Assembly: GCA_965222615.1 (NCBI GenBank)
Contig: CBDCUI010000009.1
Coordinates: 640,001-704,000, forward strand
Direction: 5' to 3'
Length of the DNA: 64,000 nucleotides
Origin: Gammaproteobacteria bacterium
Lineage (GTDB): Bacteria > Pseudomonadota > Gammaproteobacteria > UBA4575
Part shown: in pieces, positions 9,902 to 18,679 of the stretch
Position numbering within the stretch: position 1 is the first letter of the stretch
How the letters are laid out: each line of letters starts with the position of its first letter
Position numbers and translations under genes: made by a program
The notes under the pieces: model-generated
The model's input: the letters and a program-made list of their open reading frames with translations, nothing else
Database searches by the model: none
Told to the model about the DNA's origin: nothing

Positions 9902-9941
9902 CCAAGACTTTGTATTTATAAATCCTATAGGAGTTACCTAT
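9902..9941 (-). promoter_or_regulatory. Putative CynR operator for the scn operon, overlapping the cynR RBS and start codon
   Basis: Minus strand reads ATAG-GTAACTC-CTAT-AGGATTTATAAAT-ACAAAGTCTTGG, followed by a TAGACT -10-like hexamer at ~9876-9881. Confidence 0.8.
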
Positions 9942-10980
9942 GGATAGACGACATATCTTCCCGCGATCTCTTCAATATTTGATCGCAATTGCTGAACATG
10001 GCAGCTATACCCGTGCCGCCGAGGTATTACACGTCTCTCAGCCAACTTTATCGCAACAAATTAAGCAATTAGAAGGATCATTGGGATCGCCGCTATTAGA
10101 CCGTTCCGGTAGAACAGTACGCTTAACTGATGCCGGAAAAATTTATCTACATCATGTGCGTCGTGCTTGGGGCGAACTCGATGCAGGAACTCGCGCAATT
10201 AACGATGTGCAAGATTTAACCCGTGGCTTTTTGCGTTTGGGATGGACTCCAATCACCGACTACATGACTTGTTCCTTATTGGAAAACTTTAACAGTCGCT
10301 ATCCCGGCATCACATTAAGCACTTTGGAAATGCCTCAAGATGATATTGAAGTGGCCGTATCTGAAGCCCATATCGATGTCGGTATTGTTTTCAGTAAACC
10401 ATTTTCGCCTGAAGCAAGACCAACCGAAATTGTTACTGACATGTTGTTTAAAGAACCACTATGCGTTGCCGTAGGTAATGCACATCCTCTTGCTGGAAAG
10501 CAGGAAACCATGAGTGTAGAAGAACTTGGCGAAGAATCTTTGGTTTTACTCAATACTCACTTCGCGATGCGGCGCCACCTTGATCTGTATTGCCGCAATC
10601 AAGACATTTCACCGCGCATTGCAATCGAAACAAATTCTCTTAGCGTAATTATAGAACTGATTCAGCTCGGTGCACTTGCGACTATACTACCTATCAGTAT
10701 CATTCATTCACAGTATGGTCTTTATGCAATTAATGTTTCACCCGAAATACCACCTAAAGCAATCACCTTAATTTACCGTAAAGGTGCTTACAGAAGTCCA
10801 GCCTGTCTAGCTTTTTCAGAATTGGCTGCAGATTGGTCTGCGCGCAGACTTCAGGAAATTCCGATTCGAAGACGACTACCTTATCCACTACCTGAAAAAT
10901 ATTATCAAAACAAAAATCAACAAAATCCTAAAGAAGAGCCGTTGGCAAAGAAGGTGCAAAACATTATGAAAATAGATTGA
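9940..10980 (+). CDS. cynR: LysR-family regulator, CynR-like
   Basis: HTH sequence AEHGSYTRAAEVLHVSQPTLSQQIKQLE..LG.PLLDRSGRTVRLTDAG closely resembles CynR. Divergent from scnB and close to cynS. Confidence 0.85.
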   Translation: MDRRHIFPRSLQYLIAIAEHGSYTRAAEVLHVSQPTLSQQIKQLEGSLGSPLLDRSGRTVRLTDAGKIYLHHVRRAWGELDAGTRAINDVQDLTRGFLRLGWTPITDYMTCSLLENFNSRYPGITLSTLEMPQDDIEVAVSEAHIDVGIVFSKPFSPEARPTEIVTDMLFKEPLCVAVGNAHPLAGKQETMSVEELGEESLVLLNTHFAMRRHLDLYCRNQDISPRIAIETNSLSVIIELIQLGALATILPISIIHSQYGLYAINVSPEIPPKAITLIYRKGAYRSPACLAFSELAADWSARRLQEIPIRRRLPYPLPEKYYQNKNQQNPKEEPLAKKVQNIMKID

Positions 10981-11014
10981 GATAATTGTTAGATACGCTA
11001 AACATTACACATGA

Positions 11015-12328
11015 TTATTTATTTGTAACCGCTACGTGAACTTCACCCTCTAAGACAGGCGGTAATGGCCCGCCCGTTGCCCAATCTAATAATTCAACAG
11101 TATGCACCACCGGTATTTTCGTAGCAGAGCCAATCTGTAACATACACCCTATATTACCTGCAGCAATGACATGTGGCGCACCAAGCTGCAGTGACTCAAC
11201 TTTACGCGCTCTTAACTGCTTTGAAATTTCGGGCTGCAAAAGGTTATAGGTACCAGCAGAACCACAACATGTGTGTGGATCTTTTGGTTCGAGTACAGTA
11301 AAACCCGCTGCTTTTAATAGCTTTTTTGGTGTAAACCTAATTCGCTGCCCAAATTGTAGTGAGCATGTGGCATGATAAGCCACGCGTAAATTGGGCATTG
11401 CCTTATAGTCCAAGTCGATTTTCGACAAAACTTCGGTAATGTCTTGAGCTAACGCAGAAATCGTCGCAGCATCTTGTGATAAATCACTATTTCGAAATAT
11501 CTCGACATAGTTTTTCACCATGACTCCACAGCCGCTAGCGTTGATCACCACTGCATCCAATCCTGCATCATTTACTTCTTTCATCCAGGCGCGAATGTTT
11601 TTCGCCGCCATCGCAAGACTTGGTTGAGACTTGCCCATATGGTAAGTCAACGCACCACAACAACTAGCGCCATCAGCAACGACCACTTCGCATCCATGAC
11701 GACGTAAAATGCGAATGGTTGCATTATTGATATTCGTATTCAGTGCCTTTTGCGCACAACCAGTCATCAAGACTACGCGACGCTTACATTCACCTTTTGC
11801 TGGAACAACTTGTGGTTCATCATTTGGGTTTGATGGCGATAACGTATTGGGCACCAACTCCAGCATTGCGCGCATTCTCTTGGGCAACGGACTGCTCGGC
11901 AATGACTTAGCTAATTGCCCCAAACGCATCATTATTCGCAAGCGTTTCGAGTAGGGCAAAATTTGTGCCAGGACCCAACGTTGGATGCGGTCAAATAGTG
12001 GGCGGTCATAGTTGTCCTCGATATATTCTCGGGCATGATCCACTAAATGCATATAGTTCACACTCGACGGACAGGTAGACATACACACTAAACAAGACAA
12101 GCAACGATCAATATGGTTGACGGTCTTTTTACTTGGCTCACCCCCATTCTCTAACATTTCCTTAATAAGATAAATGCGCCCACGTGGGCTATCAAATTCG
12201 TCTCCCAATAACTGATAAGTCGGACAGTTATTAATACAGTAACCACATTGCAAGCAGGCACTTAGCTCCACGTTAGACTGGGCCATAATAGGATTAGCCA
12301 GTTGTTCGGAAGTAAAATTGGTTTGCAT
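11015..12328 (-). CDS. glcF: Glycolate oxidase iron-sulfur subunit-like protein
   Basis: Two CxxCxxCxxxCP 4Fe-4S motifs, DSPRGRIYL, and two CCG domains (CCGA, CCGSAGTYN). Confidence 0.85.
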   Translation of the reverse strand: MQTNFTSEQLANPIMAQSNVELSACLQCGYCINNCPTYQLLGDEFDSPRGRIYLIKEMLENGGEPSKKTVNHIDRCLSCLVCMSTCPSSVNYMHLVDHAREYIEDNYDRPLFDRIQRWVLAQILPYSKRLRIMMRLGQLAKSLPSSPLPKRMRAMLELVPNTLSPSNPNDEPQVVPAKGECKRRVVLMTGCAQKALNTNINNATIRILRRHGCEVVVADGASCCGALTYHMGKSQPSLAMAAKNIRAWMKEVNDAGLDAVVINASGCGVMVKNYVEIFRNSDLSQDAATISALAQDITEVLSKIDLDYKAMPNLRVAYHATCSLQFGQRIRFTPKKLLKAAGFTVLEPKDPHTCCGSAGTYNLLQPEISKQLRARKVESLQLGAPHVIAAGNIGCMLQIGSATKIPVVHTVELLDWATGGPLPPVLEGEVHVAVTNK

Positions 12329-12526
12329 TGACCTATTCCATTTACTTATCAGAAAAACTTAACTTAACTATGAATTGTATTTTATAGCGCCACTTTAAAA
12401 AACTCATTTGACAAAATTTACAATCTATTTTTTCAACATTATTTAAAACTTTAAGAACAGATTCAAACCTATTAGCTATCGCTTAGGAAATAGAAACATT
12501 GGAGGAAACAACTAACTTTACACCCT

Positions 12527-12566
12527 ATTGTTAATCTCTATAGAGCTAATAAGAACAAAGTCTTTG
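12527..12566 (+). promoter_or_regulatory. Putative CynR operator upstream of cynS
   Basis: ATTG-TTAATCT-CTAT-AGAGCTAATAAGA-ACAAAGTCTTTG. Confidence 0.75.
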
Positions 12567-12712
12567 ATTTATACAGCCGTATCCCTAAAACTAGAATTAC
12601 CTGGCAAATTAGATTACTCAAATTTATTTAAATTTCCTCAAAAATAAATATTGGGATTGAGTTGCTATGTGATACCTGGCTATTGAAGATTACTTTTCAG
12701 CGAGGAGTCGAT

Positions 12713-13153
12713 ATGAATAAAGAAGAAATGACCGACTGCATTATTGCAGCAAAAAAAGCTAAAGGTCTCACCTGGGAAACCATTGCTCACAAAGTTGGTA
12801 AAGGCACAACCTGGGTAACCTCTGCTTGTTTAGGAATGAACAGCACCACTGAGGAAGTCGCAAAAAGCTTATGCGAAATTCTTGGGCTCGATGAAGATGT
12901 TTGTACAACATTACAAGAATATCCACACAAGGCATGGGACAAAACGATACCGCAAGATCCAGTAGTCTATCGATTTTATGAAATCGTTGGTGTCTATGGC
13001 GATACTATTAAAGAAATTATAGCTGAGAAGTTTGGGGATGGAATTATGAGTGCTATCGATTTTTCTATGGATATTGACAAAGAAGAAAACCCTAAAGGCG
13101 ATCGAGTGGTAATCACCATGAATGGTAAATTCTTAAAATATACTTCGTGGTAA
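12713..13153 (+). CDS. cynS: Cyanase (cyanate hydratase)
   Basis: PQDPVVYRFYEIVGVYG, EKFGDGIMSAIDF and GKFL motifs. ATG 12713 has a GAGGAG RBS. Confidence 0.95.
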   Translation: MNKEEMTDCIIAAKKAKGLTWETIAHKVGKGTTWVTSACLGMNSTTEEVAKSLCEILGLDEDVCTTLQEYPHKAWDKTIPQDPVVYRFYEIVGVYGDTIKEIIAEKFGDGIMSAIDFSMDIDKEENPKGDRVVITMNGKFLKYTSW

Positions 13154-13467
13154 TTGAACAAACGCTGATTTCTTTTTTTGAGCAAGTAGCTCAAAAAGAT
13201 ACAAGTCAATTAAACAAATTAAAACAAAATAAGTATTTCAGTGTAGAAAAGGAGCGCTGGTGTTTTACTTTGCCTGATTTATATGCCTTTCTGCGATTAC
13301 AAAATGATGACTTAAACGACATTGATTACCAACAATTTCGAAAATTAATTTTTAACAGTCCTATTAATCAAACCATTAAATCATATGGAGCTGAAATTAC
13401 GATTACAGACAATCAAACCAATGTCGATAAATCAAGCTATGCACTAGTCTGGAAAAGTATGAAATAA
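13147..13467 (+). CDS. Hypothetical protein overlapping the cynS stop
   Basis: 106-aa ORF whose GTG start overlaps the cynS 3' end. Confidence 0.6.
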   Translation: MVIEQTLISFFEQVAQKDTSQLNKLKQNKYFSVEKERWCFTLPDLYAFLRLQNDDLNDIDYQQFRKLIFNSPINQTIKSYGAEITITDNQTNVDKSSYALVWKSMK

Positions 13468-13538
13468 GTTTTTATTTAATCTTAAGAATAAGTGAATTAA
13501 GCTCAAATTAATATTTTTCTCAGAACAGTTGACTATCA

Positions 13539-13808
13539 TTAATCCTCAGTACGACGTCGTTTGCTAGCATCTGCAAGATGCACAATTCCGTAAGAAATAC
13601 CAAAACCAATAAACAAAGATATTATAATCAAGACAATATTTGCTAAATTGATATCCCCGCCAAGTTTCGTATTCACATCAAAAATATTGGCTAAAATATT
13701 CATAGTCAGCAAAGCAATAAAAATACCTCCAAAAAAGAAAATGCGGAACGGCCTAGTGCCTGTTGTTATCACATCGACGACTATATCCCGCATTTTTCGT
13801 TTCATCAC
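13539..13808 (-). CDS. Small two-TM hypothetical membrane protein
   Basis: Two hydrophobic segments and a basic C-terminus. Confidence 0.55.
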   Translation of the reverse strand: MMKRKMRDIVVDVITTGTRPFRIFFFGGIFIALLTMNILANIFDVNTKLGGDINLANIVLIIISLFIGFGISYGIVHLADASKRRRTED

Positions 13809-13923
13809 GTGTTTCGCTTTAACTCAAAAAACGTCTCCCGAAATATTATATTTATATTTACATGGTACAGTAATCGCTTATAAACCACATTTAGTAATCT
13901 AACAAGCGGCACTATTTTTACAT

Positions 13924-14706
13924 ATGTCCAACAAATTACAGAATACTAAAACTGATGTTCTACAGTTTGTTCATATCACAGATACTCATCTGCTGAATCA
14001 AGCAAATGAAACTTTTCATGGTTTAAATACAAAAAAAAATTTAGAGGCGGTTTTAAACCATTGTCAAATACGCTATCCAAACATAGATTTTTTGCTGTTT
14101 ACGGGTGATATTTCTCAAACAGGCGATGAGGCAAGTTATACAATCTTCAACTCAATAATACGCCAATATAAAATCCCCATTTACTGTATTCCAGGCAATC
14201 ACGACATCCCAAAATTTTTACAGCATATTATTCCAAGTTGTCCAAAGGAGACAATTAGAACGATTCAATTCGGTAAGTTTTCACTAATTTTATTAAACAG
14301 CTGGGTAGAAAACCAACACCACGGAATGATCTCTCAACATTGTCTGTTGGAATTAAAAAGTTTCCTGCAAAAAAATAGTGGACAATTTAATATTATAGCG
14401 ATTCATCACCCGCCCATAATAATTAACAGTAAGTGGCTTGATGAAATTGGCTTACAGAATAAAGCGGATTTTTTACAAGTCATTCATAAATATGCGCCAA
14501 ATTCATTACTGATATTTGGACATATTCATCAAGAAATCGACCAGCAGCAAGACTCACTGCGTTTCCTTTCTACACCATCTACCTGTCATCAATACAAAGC
14601 GAATTCTGAGTGCATGCAGTGTATTTTCACACCACCGCCTACATATCGATTTATAAAGCTAAACCCAACACATCATATTGAAACAAATCTTCATTATATT
14701 GAATAA
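13924..14706 (+). CDS. cpdA: CpdA/Icc-like metallophosphoesterase
   Basis: ITDTHL, TGDISQ, PGNHD, HHPP, GHIHQ and TPSTC motifs. Confidence 0.8.
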   Translation: MSNKLQNTKTDVLQFVHITDTHLLNQANETFHGLNTKKNLEAVLNHCQIRYPNIDFLLFTGDISQTGDEASYTIFNSIIRQYKIPIYCIPGNHDIPKFLQHIIPSCPKETIRTIQFGKFSLILLNSWVENQHHGMISQHCLLELKSFLQKNSGQFNIIAIHHPPIIINSKWLDEIGLQNKADFLQVIHKYAPNSLLIFGHIHQEIDQQQDSLRFLSTPSTCHQYKANSECMQCIFTPPPTYRFIKLNPTHHIETNLHYIE

Positions 14707-14836
14707 GATAACCGCATGATTTAAACCAGAATCCTAACCCGTCTTCTACTGCCCACCATTAAAAACTTCTTGTCATAGCAGTCATTGACAAGACCTAGCA
14801 TATTTATGATCACAAGTAATAACGTAATTTCGATCT

Positions 14837-14902
14837 ATAGCCAATACCTATAGGTTTAATAAATACAAAGTATTCGGATTAATAAAACTTCTCCTTTAGA
14901 CT
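14837..14902 (+). promoter_or_regulatory. Putative CynR operator/promoter upstream of cbtBA
   Basis: ATAG-CCAATAC-CTAT-AGGTTTAATAAAT-ACAAAGTATTCG-GATTAATAAAACTTCTCCTT-TAGACT, strongly similar to the scnB promoter. Confidence 0.78.
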
Positions 14903-15064
14903 TAACCATTAGCTCAATTGAACAATCGATTAAATAAGTATATAAGCGAATTCTTAAATTTAACAGACAGCTCTTGATCTCAAAAAGTAAACAGATCTGC
15001 ATTTAGATTCGCGCCAAGATTTGTTTTAGATAATTTTAAGAATCAGAAGGAAGGAGAATTAGCG

Positions 15065-15262
15065 ATGAGTACAGTCAAAGAGGCAACCAGCTTGCTAACT
15101 CAAATCCAAACTGGTGAGATACCTTGGTCAACTATATATGCCGTTAGTGCAGCCATTCTCACTGGTGTATTCATTATTGCAGCCGTAGGTTTTGCTGGAC
15201 CAGAAGTTTTGCATAATGCTGCTCATGACATTCGTCATGGATTAGCTTTTCCTTGTCACTAA
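15065..15262 (+). CDS. cbtB: Cobalt transporter subunit CbtB (copy 2)
   Basis: TM helix plus LHNAAHDIRHGLAFPCH. Confidence 0.9.
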   Translation: MSTVKEATSLLTQIQTGEIPWSTIYAVSAAILTGVFIIAAVGFAGPEVLHNAAHDIRHGLAFPCH

Positions 15263-15283
15263 ACTTTTACAACCTCAATAACA

Positions 15284-15991
15284 ATGAAAACCTTTAATAG
15301 GATTTTTTTGTCGGCGCTATTTTCTGGTGTACTAGCCGGTCTAGTACTCGCAGGAATCCAACACTTTACCGTCATCCCAATGATTCTAGAAGCCGAAACC
15401 TATGAGACAACCGATACAAATGAAAATACAACTGCAATGAATCAAGAGGAAGAAGCCTGGGCACCTGAAGATGGTGCTGAAAGAACTTTTTATACGGCTA
15501 CGAATAGTATGATTGTTGGTATCGGGTTTGGTCTACTATTAGCAGCATGCTATGCATTTCGAGGCAGTGTTACTTGGGGCAAGGGCCTGTTATGGGGGCT
15601 TGCTGGTTTTGCCACATTTCACCTCGCGCCTTCTTTTGGTTTACCTCCAGAACTTCCTGGAGATGCTGCCGCTGGTTTGGAACAAAGACAAATTTGGTGG
15701 TTATTAACCGTAATTGTTACAGCAATGGGGCTTTGGATCATTGCTTTTCAACCAAAACATTATCTTAAATTATTCGGTGTAGCATTAATCATATTGCCGC
15801 ATATATTTGGTGCACCACAACCTGAAGTGCATGGAGGCTTAGCTCCGGAAGAGCTTAGAAATACTTTTATGTATACCTCTCTTGCTACAAACGCAATTTT
15901 CTGGATTGTGTTAGGAATGCTTAGCGCCTATTTTTACAATAGATTTGATAAACCTATAGAAAATACAGCAGTGAACGCTGCATTGAGTTAA
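15284..15991 (+). CDS. cbtA: Cobalt transporter subunit CbtA
   Basis: PMILEAETYE, WAPEDGAER, GLPPELPG, RQIWW and LPHIFGAP motifs; follows cbtB. Confidence 0.9.
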   Translation: MKTFNRIFLSALFSGVLAGLVLAGIQHFTVIPMILEAETYETTDTNENTTAMNQEEEAWAPEDGAERTFYTATNSMIVGIGFGLLLAACYAFRGSVTWGKGLLWGLAGFATFHLAPSFGLPPELPGDAAAGLEQRQIWWLLTVIVTAMGLWIIAFQPKHYLKLFGVALIILPHIFGAPQPEVHGGLAPEELRNTFMYTSLATNAIFWIVLGMLSAYFYNRFDKPIENTAVNAALS

Positions 15992-16213
15992 CTGAAAAAG
16001 AGTAATAAGAACAGATTTGAGTAGCTAGGTCTTTTATCTATTCAAGAATAAGAATATTCATTAGAGAACTAAATCTAGCTTTTTAAAATATTTGAAGAAA
16101 AATTATTTTCCCAATACTCAGAGCGTACTTGGTCTAAGTACGCATACGCACGCTAATTAAACAAAGGAGTTTAGTGTGGTAACAACTAGACTTCTTCATT
16201 AGCGAGAATAACT

Positions 16214-16228
16214 ATAGATAATAACTAT
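16214..16228. promoter_or_regulatory. ATAG-N7-CTAT LysR-type box upstream of the TonB receptor
   Basis: ATAG-ATAATAA-CTAT. The downstream ACAAAGT element seen at the other sites is missing. Confidence 0.4.
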
Positions 16229-16337
16229 GGGAACATATTGAATAATAGGTAAAAACTAATAAAAAATACGCGCAAAAACTTAACAAATGTTTCTGCGGTG
16301 AGTATCACGACCACTTAAATGGTATGAGGAACTATAC

Positions 16338-18671
16338 ATGCCTTTGGAAAATAACAATAAATTAAAATTTAATTTTTTAAAATTCGTCATCGCTATATTT
16401 TTTAAACGAAAAAAAATATTAGTAGTTCATAATACTTACATTAAAAACGTATCTTTTTTTTCTGTAGTCATAATTTTTTCATTTGTAAGTTTAAGCACAG
16501 TCGCAATTGCAGAAGAAAGTGTCCAACTAGAAGATATGATAGTTGAAGACACTAAAATCCTAGAGTTCGACCAGCCAGGTGAGTTGCATCTTGTAACTCC
16601 AAGTGAAACAGGGACAAGGTTAGGCTTAACTCCATTAGAAACACCAGCTTCTGTTGAAATAATTGATCAAACAAACATAGAACGAATAGGTGCGCAGAGT
16701 ATCGGGGATGCATTAATTACGCTTCCAGGAGTGACGGTGGGTGAATCTCCCGCAGCACCTTCAAGCTTTTCTATGCGTGGATTTACTAGAAGCCAAATTA
16801 CTTTATTACGAGATGGAATATGGTTAGGGCCCGCAAATATGGTAAGTAGGCCACAGAACGCATGTAATTTGGATCGTCTTGAATTAATCCGAGGTCCAGC
16901 ATCTGGTTTACACGGACAAGGATCAGTTGCAGGTGCTATAAATTCGGTAACGAAAAAGGCACGTGAAACAGATAATTATAATCATGGTGCGCAATTGTTC
17001 TATGGTCGGTGGGACACTTACCAAGTGTGTGGTGGTAGTGCAGGACCAGTTGCGGATTCTCTTTGGTATCAATTTGATATTAGTCAAAATGGGGCTGATG
17101 GCTTTGTTGATGATATGGATCCTGAATCGACAAATATTAATGGCAGTTTATTGTGGAAACCTAAAAATAATCTTTCTGTCAGATTTAGTGCGGACTACTT
17201 AGATGATGAATTAGCAAACTACTGGGGTACACCTCTAGTGCCTGCAAGTGTCGGCACAGATCGAATAAGTGGTGTCATCGAAACGGCTGCGGGTGAAGTA
17301 TTAGATGAGCGCACTCGTGATGAAAATTACAATGTGTCTGATTATGAAGCTGAGTCCGATCAAATATTGATGCGCACAGATTTGGAATGGATGCCACTAA
17401 GCAATGTTCGTGTAAGAAACACGCTGTACTACTTTGATGCGGATCGCGATTGGTTTAACGCAGAAGGATTTATTTATAATGATTTGACTGACTTGATTGA
17501 CCGAACGAATGGATTTTTCTTTGTTCAACATGAACAAGAAATGTGGGGTGGCAAGCTAGATATCACCACTGATCACCAATTATTTGGCAAAGATAATCAA
17601 TTTGTATTTGGTGTTGATTATCAGGATCTTGATTTTGAACGCACACGTGGGTTTCGTTTCTCTGCAGTACCAGGTGACTCTGTCGATCTATTTGATCCGG
17701 TTCAAGGTGTCTATGGACCGGTGGAACCAAGAGGGGTTAGTCCTACAGATATAAATACCTGGGGAGTGTTTTTTGAAGATGCATTGCAAGTAACTGATAG
17801 ATTCAGTTTAGTCACCGGGCTACGTTATGAGCAACTACATTTACGACGGCAAAATTTTGATTTACGCCCGGGGAATGTCGGAAATGATGAGGGAAGTGGA
17901 TTTACACGCAACTTTGATTCTGTGGGTTGGCGTGTTGGTGGTGTGTTTTCTTTAACACCTAATATAAATGTTTATGCACAATACAGTAATGCACAAGACC
18001 CAGTGAATTCTAATATTTTTCTTGTGAATGATGGTGAAGATTTTGATCTCACTGATGCTGAGCAGTGGGAAGTCGGATTAAAAGCGAGGAATATTGATAA
18101 TTCATTAAATTTTACAATCGCATACTTTGACATTGAGCGAGATGATGTCTCTGAACTCATTGGTGTTGATAGTGCAGTGAATGTGGGTGGCAGAAAATCC
18201 AAAGGATTTGAAGCAGCAATTAATTATGCACCAACTTCCTATCTAGATGTGGCTGCGAATATCGCCTATGTTGATGCGGAATTCGAAGACTCTGTGAACT
18301 TTGTAACATTTGCTGGTAATACACCACCCAACGTACCGGATTGGACAGCAAATGCCTGGGTCAATGTCCGGCCCTTTCAAACGTTTCCAATAGAATTTGG
18401 TGCATGGTATCGCTATGTGGATGATCGCTATGGTACAAATGATAATACTGCAATTTTGAAAGATTATTCATTACTAGATCTGTCTGCAACCTACAGGTTT
18501 CGAGATAATTTAGATATCACAGCTCGTGTGCGAAATGCCATGGATGAAGATTATGTTGCTTGGGCTGATGTATTTTATTTTCAACAGACTGATCCTGGTT
18601 TTCCATTTGCCAATCAAGTCTTGTTGGGCGAACCAAGAAGTTATGAGTTAAATCTTGTGTTACGGTATTAG
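16338..18671 (+). CDS. TonB-dependent receptor (metal/metallophore type)
   Basis: Plug region ETPASVEII...LPGV, ELIRGPAS..HGQG.VAGAIN, and C-terminal GEPRSYELNLVLRY. Confidence 0.9.
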   Translation: MPLENNNKLKFNFLKFVIAIFFKRKKILVVHNTYIKNVSFFSVVIIFSFVSLSTVAIAEESVQLEDMIVEDTKILEFDQPGELHLVTPSETGTRLGLTPLETPASVEIIDQTNIERIGAQSIGDALITLPGVTVGESPAAPSSFSMRGFTRSQITLLRDGIWLGPANMVSRPQNACNLDRLELIRGPASGLHGQGSVAGAINSVTKKARETDNYNHGAQLFYGRWDTYQVCGGSAGPVADSLWYQFDISQNGADGFVDDMDPESTNINGSLLWKPKNNLSVRFSADYLDDELANYWGTPLVPASVGTDRISGVIETAAGEVLDERTRDENYNVSDYEAESDQILMRTDLEWMPLSNVRVRNTLYYFDADRDWFNAEGFIYNDLTDLIDRTNGFFFVQHEQEMWGGKLDITTDHQLFGKDNQFVFGVDYQDLDFERTRGFRFSAVPGDSVDLFDPVQGVYGPVEPRGVSPTDINTWGVFFEDALQVTDRFSLVTGLRYEQLHLRRQNFDLRPGNVGNDEGSGFTRNFDSVGWRVGGVFSLTPNINVYAQYSNAQDPVNSNIFLVNDGEDFDLTDAEQWEVGLKARNIDNSLNFTIAYFDIERDDVSELIGVDSAVNVGGRKSKGFEAAINYAPTSYLDVAANIAYVDAEFEDSVNFVTFAGNTPPNVPDWTANAWVNVRPFQTFPIEFGAWYRYVDDRYGTNDNTAILKDYSLLDLSATYRFRDNLDITARVRNAMDEDYVAWADVFYFQQTDPGFPFANQVLLGEPRSYELNLVLRY

Positions 18672-18679
18672 TATGCAAA

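Noticed and set aside
14707-15064. Cobalamin riboswitch before cbtB
   Set aside because: Only a short ACTGCCC match; the other conserved elements are not visible. This was not tested with a covariance model.
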